A stretch of DNA of 64,000 nucleotides. It comes from Eledone cirrhosa. Lineage: Eukaryota. The position numbers were made by a program, and so were the translations under genes. The notes beneath the pieces were generated by a model. It worked only from the letters and a program-made list of their open reading frames with translations. It was not told the DNA's origin and did no database searches. The stretch spans positions 329,220,001 to 329,284,000 of the forward strand of contig OZ024743.1 of assembly GCA_964016885.1 (NCBI GenBank), in the 5' to 3' direction. Below, one piece after another: positions 25,741 to 38,319 of the stretch; position 1 is the stretch's first letter, and every line of letters begins with the position of its first letter.

Positions 25741-26289
25741 TCCTTGCTTTTCTCCTTCTTTTCCTCTCATTTATGACATCTATAGTCCTTTCCTCTACTT
25801 TCCCATATAGCCAGACCTGCCCTTCCTTAACCCTGCCCCATTTTCTTATTACTTAATTTTGCTTTTATCTTTCTTTTTCATATCTATGTAATTATCAATG
25901 GGTTTTAAGCCAACTTTGTGAATATTTGAAATGTTATTCATTCAACTGGGAATAAGTTTGCGGAGTATATCGTATGTTGTCCGTATATTTACCTAATTTA
26001 TTCTTTACTTTAGAGAATTCATTGTTGTTCTTGTTGCTGTAGTTGCTACCGTTATTTAGTCCCAGGCCATTACTGGTCGAGCAAAACAATAGTGAAAACC
26101 ATCGATGACCACCACACCTTTTTTAGACTGTGCATCTAGGCTTATAGTATTTCCAATGTGTCCTTTCGTTATTCAAGGCTCTAGGGCAGAGGTGGGGAAC
26201 ATTTTCATGTTGAAATGCCGCATTGTAATATAATAAGGCTGCATTTATGAAACAATAATTATGTAAAAAACTAGGTTTGATGCCGAGTG

Positions 26290-27035
26290 ATAAATGAGGG
26301 AAAATCAAGGCTGCGAAAACTGAGACACTTGTCCTCTCAAGGAATCCCGTGTAGTGCACTGTATATGTGAATGGAAATCTACTGAAGCAGGTAGAGAAGT
26401 TCAAGTATCTCGGGGCCGTGTTCATGAGTGATGGAAGGCAGGGAGCTGAATTAAGTGCAAGAATTGCAGGAGCTGGTGCAGTAATGTGCCAGCTTCAGCA
26501 TTCAGTAATCAGAAGAAGGGAGGTAGGTGTAAAAGCCAAACTTGCTATCTTCAATTCGGTATACACGCCAACCTTTACCTATGGTCATGAATCTTGGGTA
26601 ATGACTGAATGAATACGACCGCAAATACAAGCGGCCGAAATGGGGTTCCACCGAAGGGTCTTTGGAGTAACGTTACTCGATACAGTCCGTAGCTCGGAGA
26701 TCAGAGAGTCACTCCAGGTAGAGCCGCTACTTCTCCGAATTGAGAGATCACAGCTCCGATACTATGGACATGTGGTTAGAATGTCTCAGGAAAGAATCGC
26801 TGGACAGATTTTACGGGAAAAAAGTAACCGGCAGGAGACCCAGGGGTAGACCCTGATCAAGATAGTTGGATAACATCCATGAGCTTGGCTGGTCTCGCTT
26901 GGGGAACCAGTCGGATCAGTTGGAGACGGTTGTTTCTGACAGGACCCGCTGGAAGTAGTGTTTGATGAGTTTTCCCCCATGACCCTCCCAAGAAGAAGAA
27001 GAAGAAGAAGAAGAAGAAGAAGAAGAAGAAGAAGA
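26290..27035 (+). pseudogene. 3' fragment of an RTE (Rex3/Expander-like) LINE with (GAA)n tail
   Basis: LKQVEKFKYLG, TYGHESW, QLRYYGHVVRM; stop codons present; (GAA)n at 26990-27033. Confidence 0.8.
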
Positions 27036-27654
27036 TAATATAAAAAATTATATATCCCTGCCCTGTTTTAGGTTGCTCCTGCGTTACAACAGACAATAAT
27101 TAAAACGAATACGAATATACGGTCATGTTGTGCGACATTTAAAATGTTCTGCTTCAAATGGAAATCCACATACCCAATTGTCAAATTTTGATAACCACTG
27201 GCATACTAAATCTCACAGGTTCTGACCAACCAGCCTTGGCCGATAGTGGTTCCAGTCAAGTTGAAATTTAATGTACATTAATTGACCATTAATTCATATT
27301 AGTGATCCGCGTGATTTAAAATTATGAATTTAGTGGTCCGTGAGGTCCGAAATGTTGGCGACGGCTGACTTAAAGGATTTATTTAACTCTCGTTTCTTTA
27401 AAATTGATTTCATTTTACAACCACCTAAAATGTTTATTTCCTAATGAGTTAAGTTTCGTATTTGTTTATTTGCAGATTCCCCCGTGTCCCCGTGTCAACT
27501 CTGTCCTCTCTCGACAATCAAACTTTCATTAAAAATTCTCCTCATCATAACTTTCCCCCACCACCACTACTAGCTGACAATATTATGTTTCGGCTTTTGA
27601 AAATATGAATGTTTTACATAGACACAGGTTCCTCATCATATTGCAGTTTGAAGG

Positions 27655-27906
27655 AAACCCCAGGGGTAGACCCCGTGCAAGATGGTTAGATAACATCCAT
27701 GAGCTTGGCTGGTCTCGCTTAGGGATCCAGCCGGATCTGTTGGAGACGTTTACTTCTGACAGGAATCACTGGAAGGAGTGTTTGAAGACTCCGCCCCACG
27801 ACCCTCTCAAAAATAAGTGGGCGAAGAAGAAGAAGAAGAAGAAGAAGAAGAAGAAGAAGAAGAAGAAGAAGAAGAAGAAGAAGAAGAAGAAGAAGAAGAA
27901 GAAGAA
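27655..27906 (+). mobile_element. 3' end of the same RTE family with (GAA)n tail
   Basis: PRGRPRARWLD; matches 26838-26990. Confidence 0.75.
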
Positions 27907-28374
27907 GGCACAGGGCTTCACATCTGGGAGAATGAGAAACAGTCAATTATATCGACCAGTATATGACTGGTACTATATTTCATCGACCACGGAAGTATGA
28001 AAGGCAATGCTGACCTGGGAGAGAATTGAACTCAGAACGTATAGAGCTATTAAAAATATTAGCTACTTTCTCCATAGTTCTGATTATGTCATGTCTGGTG
28101 TCTTTCCACCCCATCCCCACGTCCTTCAAATCACACCTCGCCGCCTTAAAACAGAAGAATATACTAGACATTGTACAAAAACAACAACTGCAATTCTAAG
28201 TTTGCTCGATTAGAGCTTAGATAAAACTAAACACTAACAGCAACAACAACAACAAACACACGCTTATATGTATACAGATACACATACATAGATACATACA
28301 TACTCATGTATATATAAGGCCTCTTTGTCCACTTTAATCCGTCTCCAGGAGTACTTTACAATGTTTATTTAACG

Positions 28375-28445
<71 letters not shown>

Positions 28446-28448
<3 letters not shown>

Positions 28449-28911
28449 CAATTAAGTTAAAAATGTACATCCACATATGTATACTGAAATACTAGTATGC
28501 ATATGAATACACACACGTATACATATGTAGATGTACCGAGTTTTTCACTGGTCACTTTACTGTGAGTGTCCAGCTATTCTGTATGTAAACACACAGACAA
28601 ACCGGTTTTTAGAGTCATACTGGTTTTTGAGGAAACACCTTTCCTCTATTCTCCAGAAAGCCAGGCAAGGAATATTGAACTAGTTTCGATGTTGTTACAT
28701 CTCATCAGCAATATTTACCTATCTTCCGGCCTCTCTAGAGAATCGTAAAAGCACATATCGTTATATGCTTTTTCTATGAAAATTAGTAGTGGGCAGACTA
28801 ATTTGCATAGAGCGTGAGTACGTACCGGTTCAACGGAGACGATAAAAACAAATAACGAAACGAAATTAAATTTCGTTTCGTTTGTAACTCACTTTTGTAT
28901 GACTGACGCTT
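28446..28911 (-). mobile_element. Exact monomer (~466 nt) of the family-A1 hammerhead unit between (TA)n tracts
   Basis: Reverse complement of 169-634. Confidence 0.8.
28671..28715 (-). ncRNA. Minimal type-I hammerhead ribozyme (family A)
   Basis: Minus strand: aatattg-CTGATGA-gatgtaacaacatc-GAAA-ctagtt-caatatt. Confidence 0.88.
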
Positions 28912-29179
28912 ATATATATATATATAAGTATGTATGTATACGTACATACATATATGTATACAGACGTACAGTAGCATGCATATATATAGATATATATATA
29001 TACACATATATATACACATATGCATACAGGTACACATACATATATGCACGCATCAGTTTAGCCGACGTTTATTATAACGCCGCTTTGTTCGTTTGTTTGT
29101 CAACAAACCGAACAGCCTGAATTTATGCCATACGGTGTTAAGGCAACCACATAGCCTTTTTGTTCAACACTGACACAGG

Positions 29180-29224
29180 AACGATGTACTAGTTTCAAGC
29201 TTGTTAGCTATCATCAGCACCGTT
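29180..29224 (-). ncRNA. Minimal type-I hammerhead ribozyme (family A variant)
   Basis: Minus strand: aacggtg-CTGATGA-tagct(aaca)agctt-GAAA-ctagta-catcgtt. Confidence 0.82.
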
Positions 29225-29327
29225 TACCCATCTGCCAGATAGTTGAACGTTCGAAAGTATATACTTTCCTTATGAAAATTAACGGCTGAGCAGCCTAATT
29301 TGCATATTGAGTGAGTTAAATCGGTCA

Positions 29328-29495
29328 TATATACCACATAAAAAACGGAGAATCAGTGTTGAGACGAATAAAATTTATTAGACATATCACAATCGTTTCT
29401 CTGGCGACCAGATCGAGGTACGATCGATGCAATGGTCGAAACTGACTCTGATTCTCTTATTCATCGCACACTGATTCTCCGTTTTTTATGTGGTA

Positions 29496-29498
<3 letters not shown>
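29328..29498. mobile_element. Family-D remnant with ~30-bp inverted ends
   Basis: atataccacataaaaaacggagaatcagtgt and its reverse complement; similar to 11680-11800. Confidence 0.65.
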
Positions 29499-29557
<59 letters not shown>

Positions 29558-29712
29558 ACAGTTGGCCATTCAATCATAAACACTGATTACCAGCTAAATT
29601 ACTTATAGAAATATGAAATATACTGAAGCGAAAATCAACCCAAACAAAACAGTGAGTGTGTTTTATTATATATTTCTGGCAATATTATAACAACATGACC
29701 TTCCCCAATTAT

Positions 29713-29802
<90 letters not shown>

Positions 29803-29954
29803 GGAAAAAATGAAACGAAATTTCATTTCCCACTCTTAGTACGGCTGTTACTTAAATATAAGTATGTATACGTACATACATATATGTATACAGACATACA
29901 GTAGTATGTATATATATATACATACATGCACACATATATATATGTACATATACC

Positions 29955-30296
29955 CGCCTCTTAATGAGAGTGCAAAACCTATCCTGGAAACGACATCCCA
30001 CCTTGTCTAAAATCTATGGCAAGCTCCCTCGAGCCTCTGCCCTTCTAAAATCCCGGAGAGCTCAATTTGCTGGCCACTGTCACCGTGCCAGCAATGAAAT
30101 CATATCCGCTCTCTTGCTCTGGAACCCTGACTCCAGCCTGACTAGGAGTAGGAAGCTGTCATTCCCTGACGTTATCTCTAGGGATACGGGATTCAGTAGA
30201 CTGGACCTGGGGGCAGCGATGGGGGACAGGGAATTCTGGGGCATGAGAGTGAGATCCATCATCTCGACAGTAGTCGACGAATGATGATGATGATGA
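29955..30296 (+). pseudogene. 3' fragment of an RTE-group LINE with (GAT)n tail
   Basis: LMRVQNLSWKRHPT...RRAQFAGHCHR; ends gatgatgat. Confidence 0.7.
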
Positions 30297-30419
30297 TATG
30301 TACGTATGGATTCACCGAACATCTATTATAATGCTCGGTGTGTTTGTAAACAAACATCCCGTATTAAGCCGTAGTGTCCAGCAACCATCGTTGCTCGTTT
30401 GTTCAACACTGACAAAGGA

Positions 30420-30462
30420 ACGCTGTACTAGTTTCAAGCTTATTAGCTATCGTCAGCAACGT
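30420..30462 (-). ncRNA. Minimal type-I hammerhead ribozyme (family A2)
   Basis: Minus strand: acgttg-CTGACGA-tagctaataagctt-GAAA-ctagta-cagcgt. Confidence 0.82.
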
Positions 30463-30791
30463 ATACCTTCCTGCCAGATTGTTGAACGTATATACTTACC
30501 TTATGCATATTAACGGCTCAATTTGCATATATATATATGTGCATGTATGTATATATATATACATACTACTGTACGTCTGTATACATATATGTATGTACGT
30601 ATACATACTTATATTTAAGTAACAGCCGTACTAAGAGTGGGAAATCAAATTTCGTTTCATTTTTTCCGTTTATCGTTTTCGGTGCACCCGGCCGATTAAC
30701 CCACTCGATATGCAAATTAGGCTGCTCAGCCGTTAATATGCATAAGGAAAGTATATACTTTCAGACATTCAATCATCTGGCAGGAAGGTAT

Positions 30792-30834
30792 ACGTTGCTG
30801 ACGATAGCTAATAAGCTTGAAACTAGTACAGCGT
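30792..30834 (+). ncRNA. Minimal type-I hammerhead ribozyme (family A2)
   Basis: acgttg-CTGACGA-tagctaataagctt-GAAA-ctagta-cagcgt. Confidence 0.82.
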
Positions 30835-31035
30835 TCCTTTGTCAGTGTTGAACAAACCAGTAACGATGGTTGCTGGACACTACGGCTTAATACGGAATGT
30901 TTGTTTACAAACACACCGAGCATTATAATAGATGTTCGGTGAATTCATACGTACATATATATATGTGTGCATGTATGTATATATATATACATACTACTGC
31001 ACGTCTGTATACATATATGTATGTACGTGTACATA

Positions 31036-31088
<53 letters not shown>

Positions 31089-31547
31089 TAGCAGCCTCGC
31101 GGCACCAATTGGCGTCCGTACATTTTCCTTAGAATAAAATATGTTAAAAGATATTTAAATATTGCATAATATAATTTTAAAAAAATATTTAGAATATCTT
31201 ATTAAAGAAAGTAATAAAGAAAATAATAGAAAAATGTATTCTCTGAAAATTATAAAACATTTACACAACTTCAGTATATACAAATTAAGAAAATTAACAA
31301 AGAAAAGACAACGAGCAAAAACAAGGCAAAATGAAAAAAAGTTTTTTGAAAGAGGAGCCTTAAAAAACTAATTTTTGAAAATAAATATAGAAACGAAAGA
31401 CACAGAACTGGGAGGTCTTCAGCCGTCGAGATGGACTTTTGGAAGTTTCATACATTACCAACTTCCACCTACCCCAACAAATTACTGGTCTTGTACCTCA
31501 ATTAGAAATTATCATAGGTTTACAACTAACTCCACCATGTAATATAA

Positions 31548-31733
31548 TTATTACTACTTTTGGCACAAGGCCAGCAATTATCTCAGTGCATCACTGGTAC
31601 TTTATTTTATCGACTCTGTAAGGATGAAAGGTAAAGTTAACCTCGGCGGGATTTGAACTCAGGCCATAAAGGGCCGTAACTCTTTGCTGCAAAGCATGGC
31701 GTCCGACCCTCTACCGATACTGCCAATCCACCG
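31548..31733 (-). mobile_element. tRNA-derived SINE, full length
   Basis: Reverse complement of the SINE family. Confidence 0.85.
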
Positions 31734-32393
31734 TGTAATATAATCACTTAATGTTATGGGTTTGTAATTAACTGACATTACTTCTAGAGGTAAGTACAAG
31801 ATAAAAGTGATCCTATCGCTTTACCTGTAGCTAATAAGTGGAAAATATACTAATTATAGAAATGTCCTGGGAGGTGTTATCTCAGTTACACGTGACAGGA
31901 GTTGTGCTTAGGTTCTGCTTTAACGGTTATAAAATATGTTGTGTGTTAGATAATATGGTGGAACTGAGGCAAACTCATGCGAACTCATCCACACACTCAC
32001 ACTTATGGACATACATACATAACATAAATATATAGATAGCTTACTATACATACATAACATACTATACATACACACACACATACACATACATACACATACA
32101 TAACATACTATACATACATACACACATACATATACATACATAACATACTATACATACATACATACACACACACATATATACACATACATAGATTCATAAC
32201 ATACTGGACATACATACAAACATACATGCCATACCATACATACATTCAAAACATACATACATACATACTAGACATACATACAAACATACATGCCATACCA
32301 TACATACATTCAAAACATACATACATACATACTAGACATACATACAAACATACATGCCATACCATACATACATAACATACATACATACATACT

Positions 32394-32426
<33 letters not shown>

Positions 32427-33125
32427 CATACATGCGTAAACATACTTACTATACCATACATACATGCATACATATATACGTATGTGCATACATACGTATA
32501 TTCACACGCGCGCTCGGAATGGAAGGGACTTTCGTTGGTCTCGACGGTGAGTGATCCAATTGCTTGATCAACGGTACAGCTTGCTTATGAAATCAACGTG
32601 TAAGTGGCAGAGCATTCCACAGACACGTGTACCCTTAAATTAAGACTCGGGATAGACTTAGGTCTACCCATTCTTTTTAAGTGAAAATTGTTAGATGGGA
32701 GCTGTTTGAAGCGCTTCACATGAATTGCATCTGAAATTCAAAGTACCCGCCTTGTTACAAACACTGAAAAGAATAAACTACCTTCATGATTTCACTATCA
32801 ATTCAATCAACAACTATGAGAGGTTTAGTGAAATAACTAACTTTCAACTTAATAACGGTTTCTTATTTAGGGAAAAGGCCAGCAAAGTCAATCGACCCCA
32901 GTGCCTTACTGGTACTTAATTCTATCGACCCTGTAAAAATGAAAGATAAAACTAATCTCAGCAGGATTAAAGGGACGTAACTCTATGCCACAAAGCAGAC
33001 ACTCTACTGATACTGCCAATCCAGTCGCCATTAATGCAAAGTGTTTATAGCGAATGAAATCATTCTGATGCGGAATTTGAACTCAGAACGTAGAGGGATG
33101 AAAGTAAATAGCACCGTGAGTTGTT

Positions 33126-33193
<68 letters not shown>

Positions 33194-33196
<3 letters not shown>

Positions 33197-33270
33197 GGTG
33201 TCCCCAAAATTGTATACACACTTCAACAGCATTCTAATAAAAGTATGTATACAATATTTGGGACACCCTG
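33194..33270. mobile_element. 77-bp Tc1/mariner-type MITE
   Basis: TIRs cagggtgtccccaaaattgtataca / tgtatacaatatttgggacaccctg, in a TA context. Confidence 0.7.
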
Positions 33271-33937
33271 TATATACACGCGCGTGCGTATACAAACATA
33301 CATATATTAGTGCATAGATATACATACTTGTAAGTGTTTCGGGTGCTAGAGGAGCAATATCAAAACACTCGCCTGCGACCTATCACAGAATAAATAAATA
33401 AAAATAGATAATAGCTATCTCGTGAGGTCGTATCTATTACATAATTGATACCATCAAAATACGTATAACAGCAATGATATAATTAATAAAATAAACTGCC
33501 TTATTCTTTATTATCATACCAAAGCTCCGTCGTACATGAACCTTAGTGATTACACCACTGTGAGGAAACTATACTAGATAAAGTGCTAAATGCTACGTAC
33601 ACGAGTGTTTGTTGATCAAGAAACAATAACAGATTGGCACGAACTGACCAAATATATAAATATTCGGGAGAAGGTGGAGCAAAGCCTATTAAGGGGTTGT
33701 AGTCGCTGCAGGTAATAATAGATATTGCTTAATGTCATGTGACGACTGCAGTTTGAAAAGGTCTGTCTCCGCCATACTTGTATTTAGAGTGGGTTAGGGG
33801 CTGGTAAATATGGATTGATGGTTGGCTTTGTCTTTACGAAGATATTTTTTACGAATTTTGAATCCAATGGTCTTATCCACGTGATGTTTTGTTTATTGTT
33901 GGCTTTGTTTTCTGAGTATATTATTTACGTGTATGGC

Positions 33938-34124
33938 AGTGGATTGCCGGTATCGGTAGAAAGTCGGACGTCATGCTTTGACGCATAGAGTTACGGCCCT
34001 TTCCATTCTGAGTTCAAATCGCACCAAAGCTAACTTTGCCTTTCATACTTACGGGGTGGATAAAATAAAGTTCCAGTAATGCACTGGGCAATTGCTTGCC
34101 TTGAGCCAAAAGTAGAAACAATTA
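33938..34124 (+). mobile_element. tRNA-derived SINE
   Basis: A and B boxes plus conserved core. Confidence 0.8.
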
Positions 34125-34230
34125 TTTACGTGTAGGGTTTTCGCTGATTGCTTTGTGTTTGTTCTGGGTGTGTCGGTGATCGGATTTGTGTGTCTGACGG
34201 TCCTGTGTTCTTGTTTGCACCCACACACAT

Positions 34231-34284
<54 letters not shown>

Positions 34285-34356
34285 GTGTGTGTGTGTGTAA
34301 ATAAGACCGTTATATCACCAATCAGTCTACTCACCTTCAATAACTACCCTAAGTAT

Positions 34357-34464
<108 letters not shown>

Positions 34465-34474
34465 ATATAATATG

Positions 34475-34680
34475 CTTTCCTATAAAGGCACAAGGCCAGC
34501 ACTTTTAGGGAGGGGAAAGTCGATCAAATCGACCCCAGCACGTGACTGGTACTTTATTTTATTGACCCCGTAAGGATGAAAGGCAATGTTAACCTCGGTG
34601 AGATTTGAACTCAGATCATAAAGTGCTGTAACTCTATGCTCCAAAGCATGGCGACCGGCCCTCTACCGATACTGCTAAAC
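34475..34680 (-). mobile_element. tRNA-derived SINE (longer-tail subfamily)
   Basis: Same head and core with an extra 3' segment. Confidence 0.75.
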
Positions 34681-34954
34681 CCCTGTTCTTATATAATATA
34701 ATATAATATAATATAATATAATATAATATAATATAATATAATATAATATAATATAATATAATATATGTATGCAGATATCATATTATATAAAACACACGGC
34801 AAACTGGCATATACTCGGAGTTTCCTGAAGTAAACTGATGAAGAGGCTTCGGGAAACTTGAAGTATCTGAGAAGGTATATGTCAGTTTGTCATGTGTTTT
34901 ATATAATATAGTATATGTACATCTATATTTACTTATTGAGCGTATATACATATA

Positions 34955-35172
34955 TTCTTCTTCATTTTCGCCCACTTATTCCTGAGAGGGTCGTGGGGGA
35001 AGAGTCCTCAAACACTCCTTCCAGCAGGTCCCGTCAGAAGCAACTGTCTCCAACTGATCCGGTTGAATCCCCAAGCGAGACTAGCCAAGCTCATGGATGT
35101 TATCCAACCATCTTGCTCGGCATTTACCCCTGGGTCTCCTGCCGTTTGGCTTTGCCCGTAAAATCTGTCCAG
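34955..35172 (-). mobile_element. 3' end of the (GAA)n-tailed RTE family
   Basis: Reverse complement of ~26800-26990 and 27655-27825. Confidence 0.75.
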
Positions 35173-35182
35173 TGTTTCTTTC

Positions 35183-35209
<27 letters not shown>

Positions 35210-35216
<7 letters not shown>

Positions 35217-36187
35217 AAAATTAAGATAAATCAAATGAATTTAATCTAAATCAGAATTATGGGTGTCATGCCAGAAAAACATGCGCCATATCACCCGCAA
35301 AATAAGCTCTAAGATTCTAACGAGTAGGTCCGAGCATTTTATAATAACTGGAAATTGATTAACATATAAATAAACATGAATAATCACAGGAGATAATTTT
35401 TACAAGTGTGTAACCACACATAGCTAGGTAGGTAACTAAATAAAGTTGACCAGTACTTCAAAAATAGATACCATTTAATATGATTAATCTTCCCTGTATA
35501 TATTCCATTAAAGAAATATATTTCACCAATTAATGCTATATGTGGTTACACACTTGTAAAAATTATCTCCTGTGATTATTCATGTTTATTTATGTGTTAA
35601 TCAATTTCTAGTTATTATAAAATGCTCGGACCTACTCGTTAGAATCTTAGAGCTTATTTTGAGGGTGATATGGTGCATGTCTCTCTAGCATGACACCCAT
35701 AATTTTGATTTAGATTAAATTCATTTGATTTATCTTAATTTTGGATATAGATATATAAATACGGCTCCTTAATTGTAGAGATAACTCTGTTGAAATGACT
35801 CGACTGCTGTTTCTAGTTGTCGATAACCCTATTCACGCCACTGGGACGAAACTAGTATGATGTGTGTATTTCTAGTAGATATAGCACGTGTTGCTGGCCA
35901 GTCGCTGATTTGAACTTGAAGTGTAAACACTGATCGCTGGAACTTCTTCCTTGTTGAAAATCCAAGTATCCGCTTCCGTGGTTTACCATTCGATTAATTG
36001 GTGAAATATATTTCTTTAATGGAATATATACAGGGAAGATTAATCATATTATAAGGTATCTATTTTTGAAGTACTGGTCATCTTTATTTAGTTACCTACC
36101 TAGCTATGTGTGGTTACACACTTGTAAAAATTATCTCCTTTGATTATTCATGTTTATTTATATGTTAATCAATTTCTAGTTATTATA
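35210..36187. repeat. Complex inverted/tandem non-coding element between (TA)n tracts
   Basis: 35535-35748 is the reverse complement of 35210-35425; 35993-36187 is the reverse complement of 35340-35534. Confidence 0.8.
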
Positions 36188-36298
36188 TATATATATATAT
36201 ATATATAGTAATAATAATAAATTTGAAGACTAAAATCCAAAGAGGGCTCGATAAGGATAAATATATATCAAATATATAAGAACCGTAGAGCAAATATT

Positions 36299-36380
36299 TA
36301 TTAAAATAACAGATTAACGTTTAAGCAAAGAATCGCTGCTTTCACCCGATTCTTTGCTTAAGCTTTAATCTGTTATTTTA

Positions 36381-36383
<3 letters not shown>
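36299..36383. repeat. Fold-back with 37-bp arms next to (AAT)n
   Basis: tattaaaataacagattaacgtttaagcaaagaatcg ... cgattctttgcttaagctttaatctgttattttaata. Confidence 0.8.
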
Positions 36384-36446
<63 letters not shown>

Positions 36447-38250
36447 GGCATTTGACATGGTGCCTCATTCCTGGATCACCAAAAGCCTGGAGATCTTCAG
36501 GGTGGCAGATAACATCAGACAGTTGCTGGGCAGGAGTATGGGGTCCTGGGAGACAGAGTTGACATCAACTGGAGTATCCTTGGGAAGCGTGAAGATCAAG
36601 AGAGGTATCTTCCAGGGAGATAGCCTGTCCCCTCTGTTGTTTGTCCTTGCCCTGATGCCCTTGACCATTATGCTGCGAAAAGTGAGAGCAGGATACAAGT
36701 TGGGAAGGGGAGAGCTTACCATCAATCACCTCCTCTTCATGGACGATCTTAAGCTCTTCGGGAAAAGTGAGAAGGAGTTGGATGTGCTTGTTGACACTGT
36801 CCGTATTTTCAGCAGTGATATATGTATGCAGTTTGGTATTGGTAAATGTGGAGTCATTGTGATGAGGAGGGGTAGGTTGAGCAGAAGTAACGGGATCCAG
36901 ATACCAACAGGTGAGATGATAAAGGAAATTGACTCTGAGGAAGGATACAAGTATTTGGGCGTTCTGGAGGCTGATGGCATAAAGAACAAAAAAATGAAGG
37001 AATTGTTAAGAACTGAATACATTCGGAGAGTAAGGAGCGTATTGAAGTCACATCTGAACAGCAGAAATGCCATAAGCGCAGTAAATTCCCGAGCTGTGTC
37101 TATTATTAGGTACAGTGCGGGAATTCTGAGATGGAATGTTGCTGAACAAAAATAAATGGATAGGAAGACTAGGAAGCTATTGACTATCTACAACATGTTC
37201 CACAAGAGGAGTGATGTCGATAGACTCTACCTAAGGAGATCTGAGGGTGGAAGAGGTCTTATCAGCATAGAGGACTGTGTTCAGATGGAGAAAAACAACC
37301 TATACAAATACGTGACCTATAGTAAGGAGCCAATGCTCAGAGCTGTACTGAAGGAGGGGACAGTAGGCCAGGGGATGCCCAAGGAGGAAATAACATCAAG
37401 GAGGAAGAGCAGCCTTAAGGGAAAATCCCTTCATAGTACCTTCTTTGAGAAAACTGAATTTAGAGATCCACAGACATGGAACTGGTTGAGAAGAGGAGAC
37501 CTCAAAAAGGCTACAGAAGGAATGCTAATGGCTGCGCAGGAGCAGGCCCTCAAAACGAAGTGGTTGAAGCACCATATCTACAAGGAGGAGGCTAGCCCAC
37601 TGTGCAGGATCTGTGGAGAGAGAGAGGAGACTGTGGCTCACATTGTGTCCGAGTGTAAACACCTAGCCCAGACCCACTATAAGGGCTGGAGACACGATGT
37701 GATGGGCAGGGTGATCCACTGGCACCTGTGCAAAGTAAACAATCTACCACATTCTGAGAAATGGTATGAGCATAGGCCAGAGGCGGTGATGGAGAACAGT
37801 CAGGTGAAGGTGCTGTGGGATTTTAGGATACAGACGGACAAAAAACTGGAACACAATAGACCTGACCTGGTGGTTGTGGACAAAGAAAAAAGATCGTGCC
37901 TGATTGTGGATGTGGCCTGCCCGTTCGACACGAGAGTGCAAGAGAAGGAGAGGGAGAAAATTAACCGATACCAGGACCTAAAGTGGGAGGTGAAAAGGAT
38001 TTGGAACTGCCATGAAGTCAAAGTGATCCCGATTGTCATAGGCGCACTGGGGACTATCTCCAAAGGTTTCCAGGGATGGTTAAAGAAAATCGGCCCCTTC
38101 ACGCTTTTTGGAACGCTTCAAAAGGCATGCTTGCTTGGAACGGCAAGAACCCTCCGATACGTCCTGAATATCTGAGGCTGCAGGTAGTGGCTTGATATTC
38201 AATCCAACGGACTTTCCAGTTAACCAACATCAATGACTGAGATTCAAGGA
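36447..38250 (+). mobile_element. R4/Dong-type RLE retrotransposon family 1, 5'-truncated, in (AAT)n
   Basis: GIFQGDSLSP, FMDD, YKYLG, GGRGL, CRIC..ETVAHIVSEC, RHD, RPDL..D, PIVIGALG; single stop at 37153-37155. Confidence 0.92.
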
Positions 38251-38261
38251 ATAACAATAAC

Positions 38262-38313
<52 letters not shown>

Positions 38314-38319
38314 TACATG

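Larger units (their letters stand above)
30296..31040. mobile_element. Family-A2 hammerhead unit (~430-nt period) with inverted 5' copy
   Basis: 30296-30520 is the reverse complement of ~30725-30958; 30531-30612 is repeated at 30959-31040. Confidence 0.8.

Noticed and set aside
27462-27580. Host exon after a tttatttgcag acceptor-like site
   Set aside because: All frames close quickly, the peptide is unrecognisable, and no partner exons were found
33600-33910. Old PLE coding remnant on the minus strand (KQNITWIRP...)
   Set aside because: Similarity too weak to support by eye
34810-34866. Hammerhead (ctgatga...gaaac)
   Set aside because: The motif lies within an imperfect hairpin and stems I-III do not form properly
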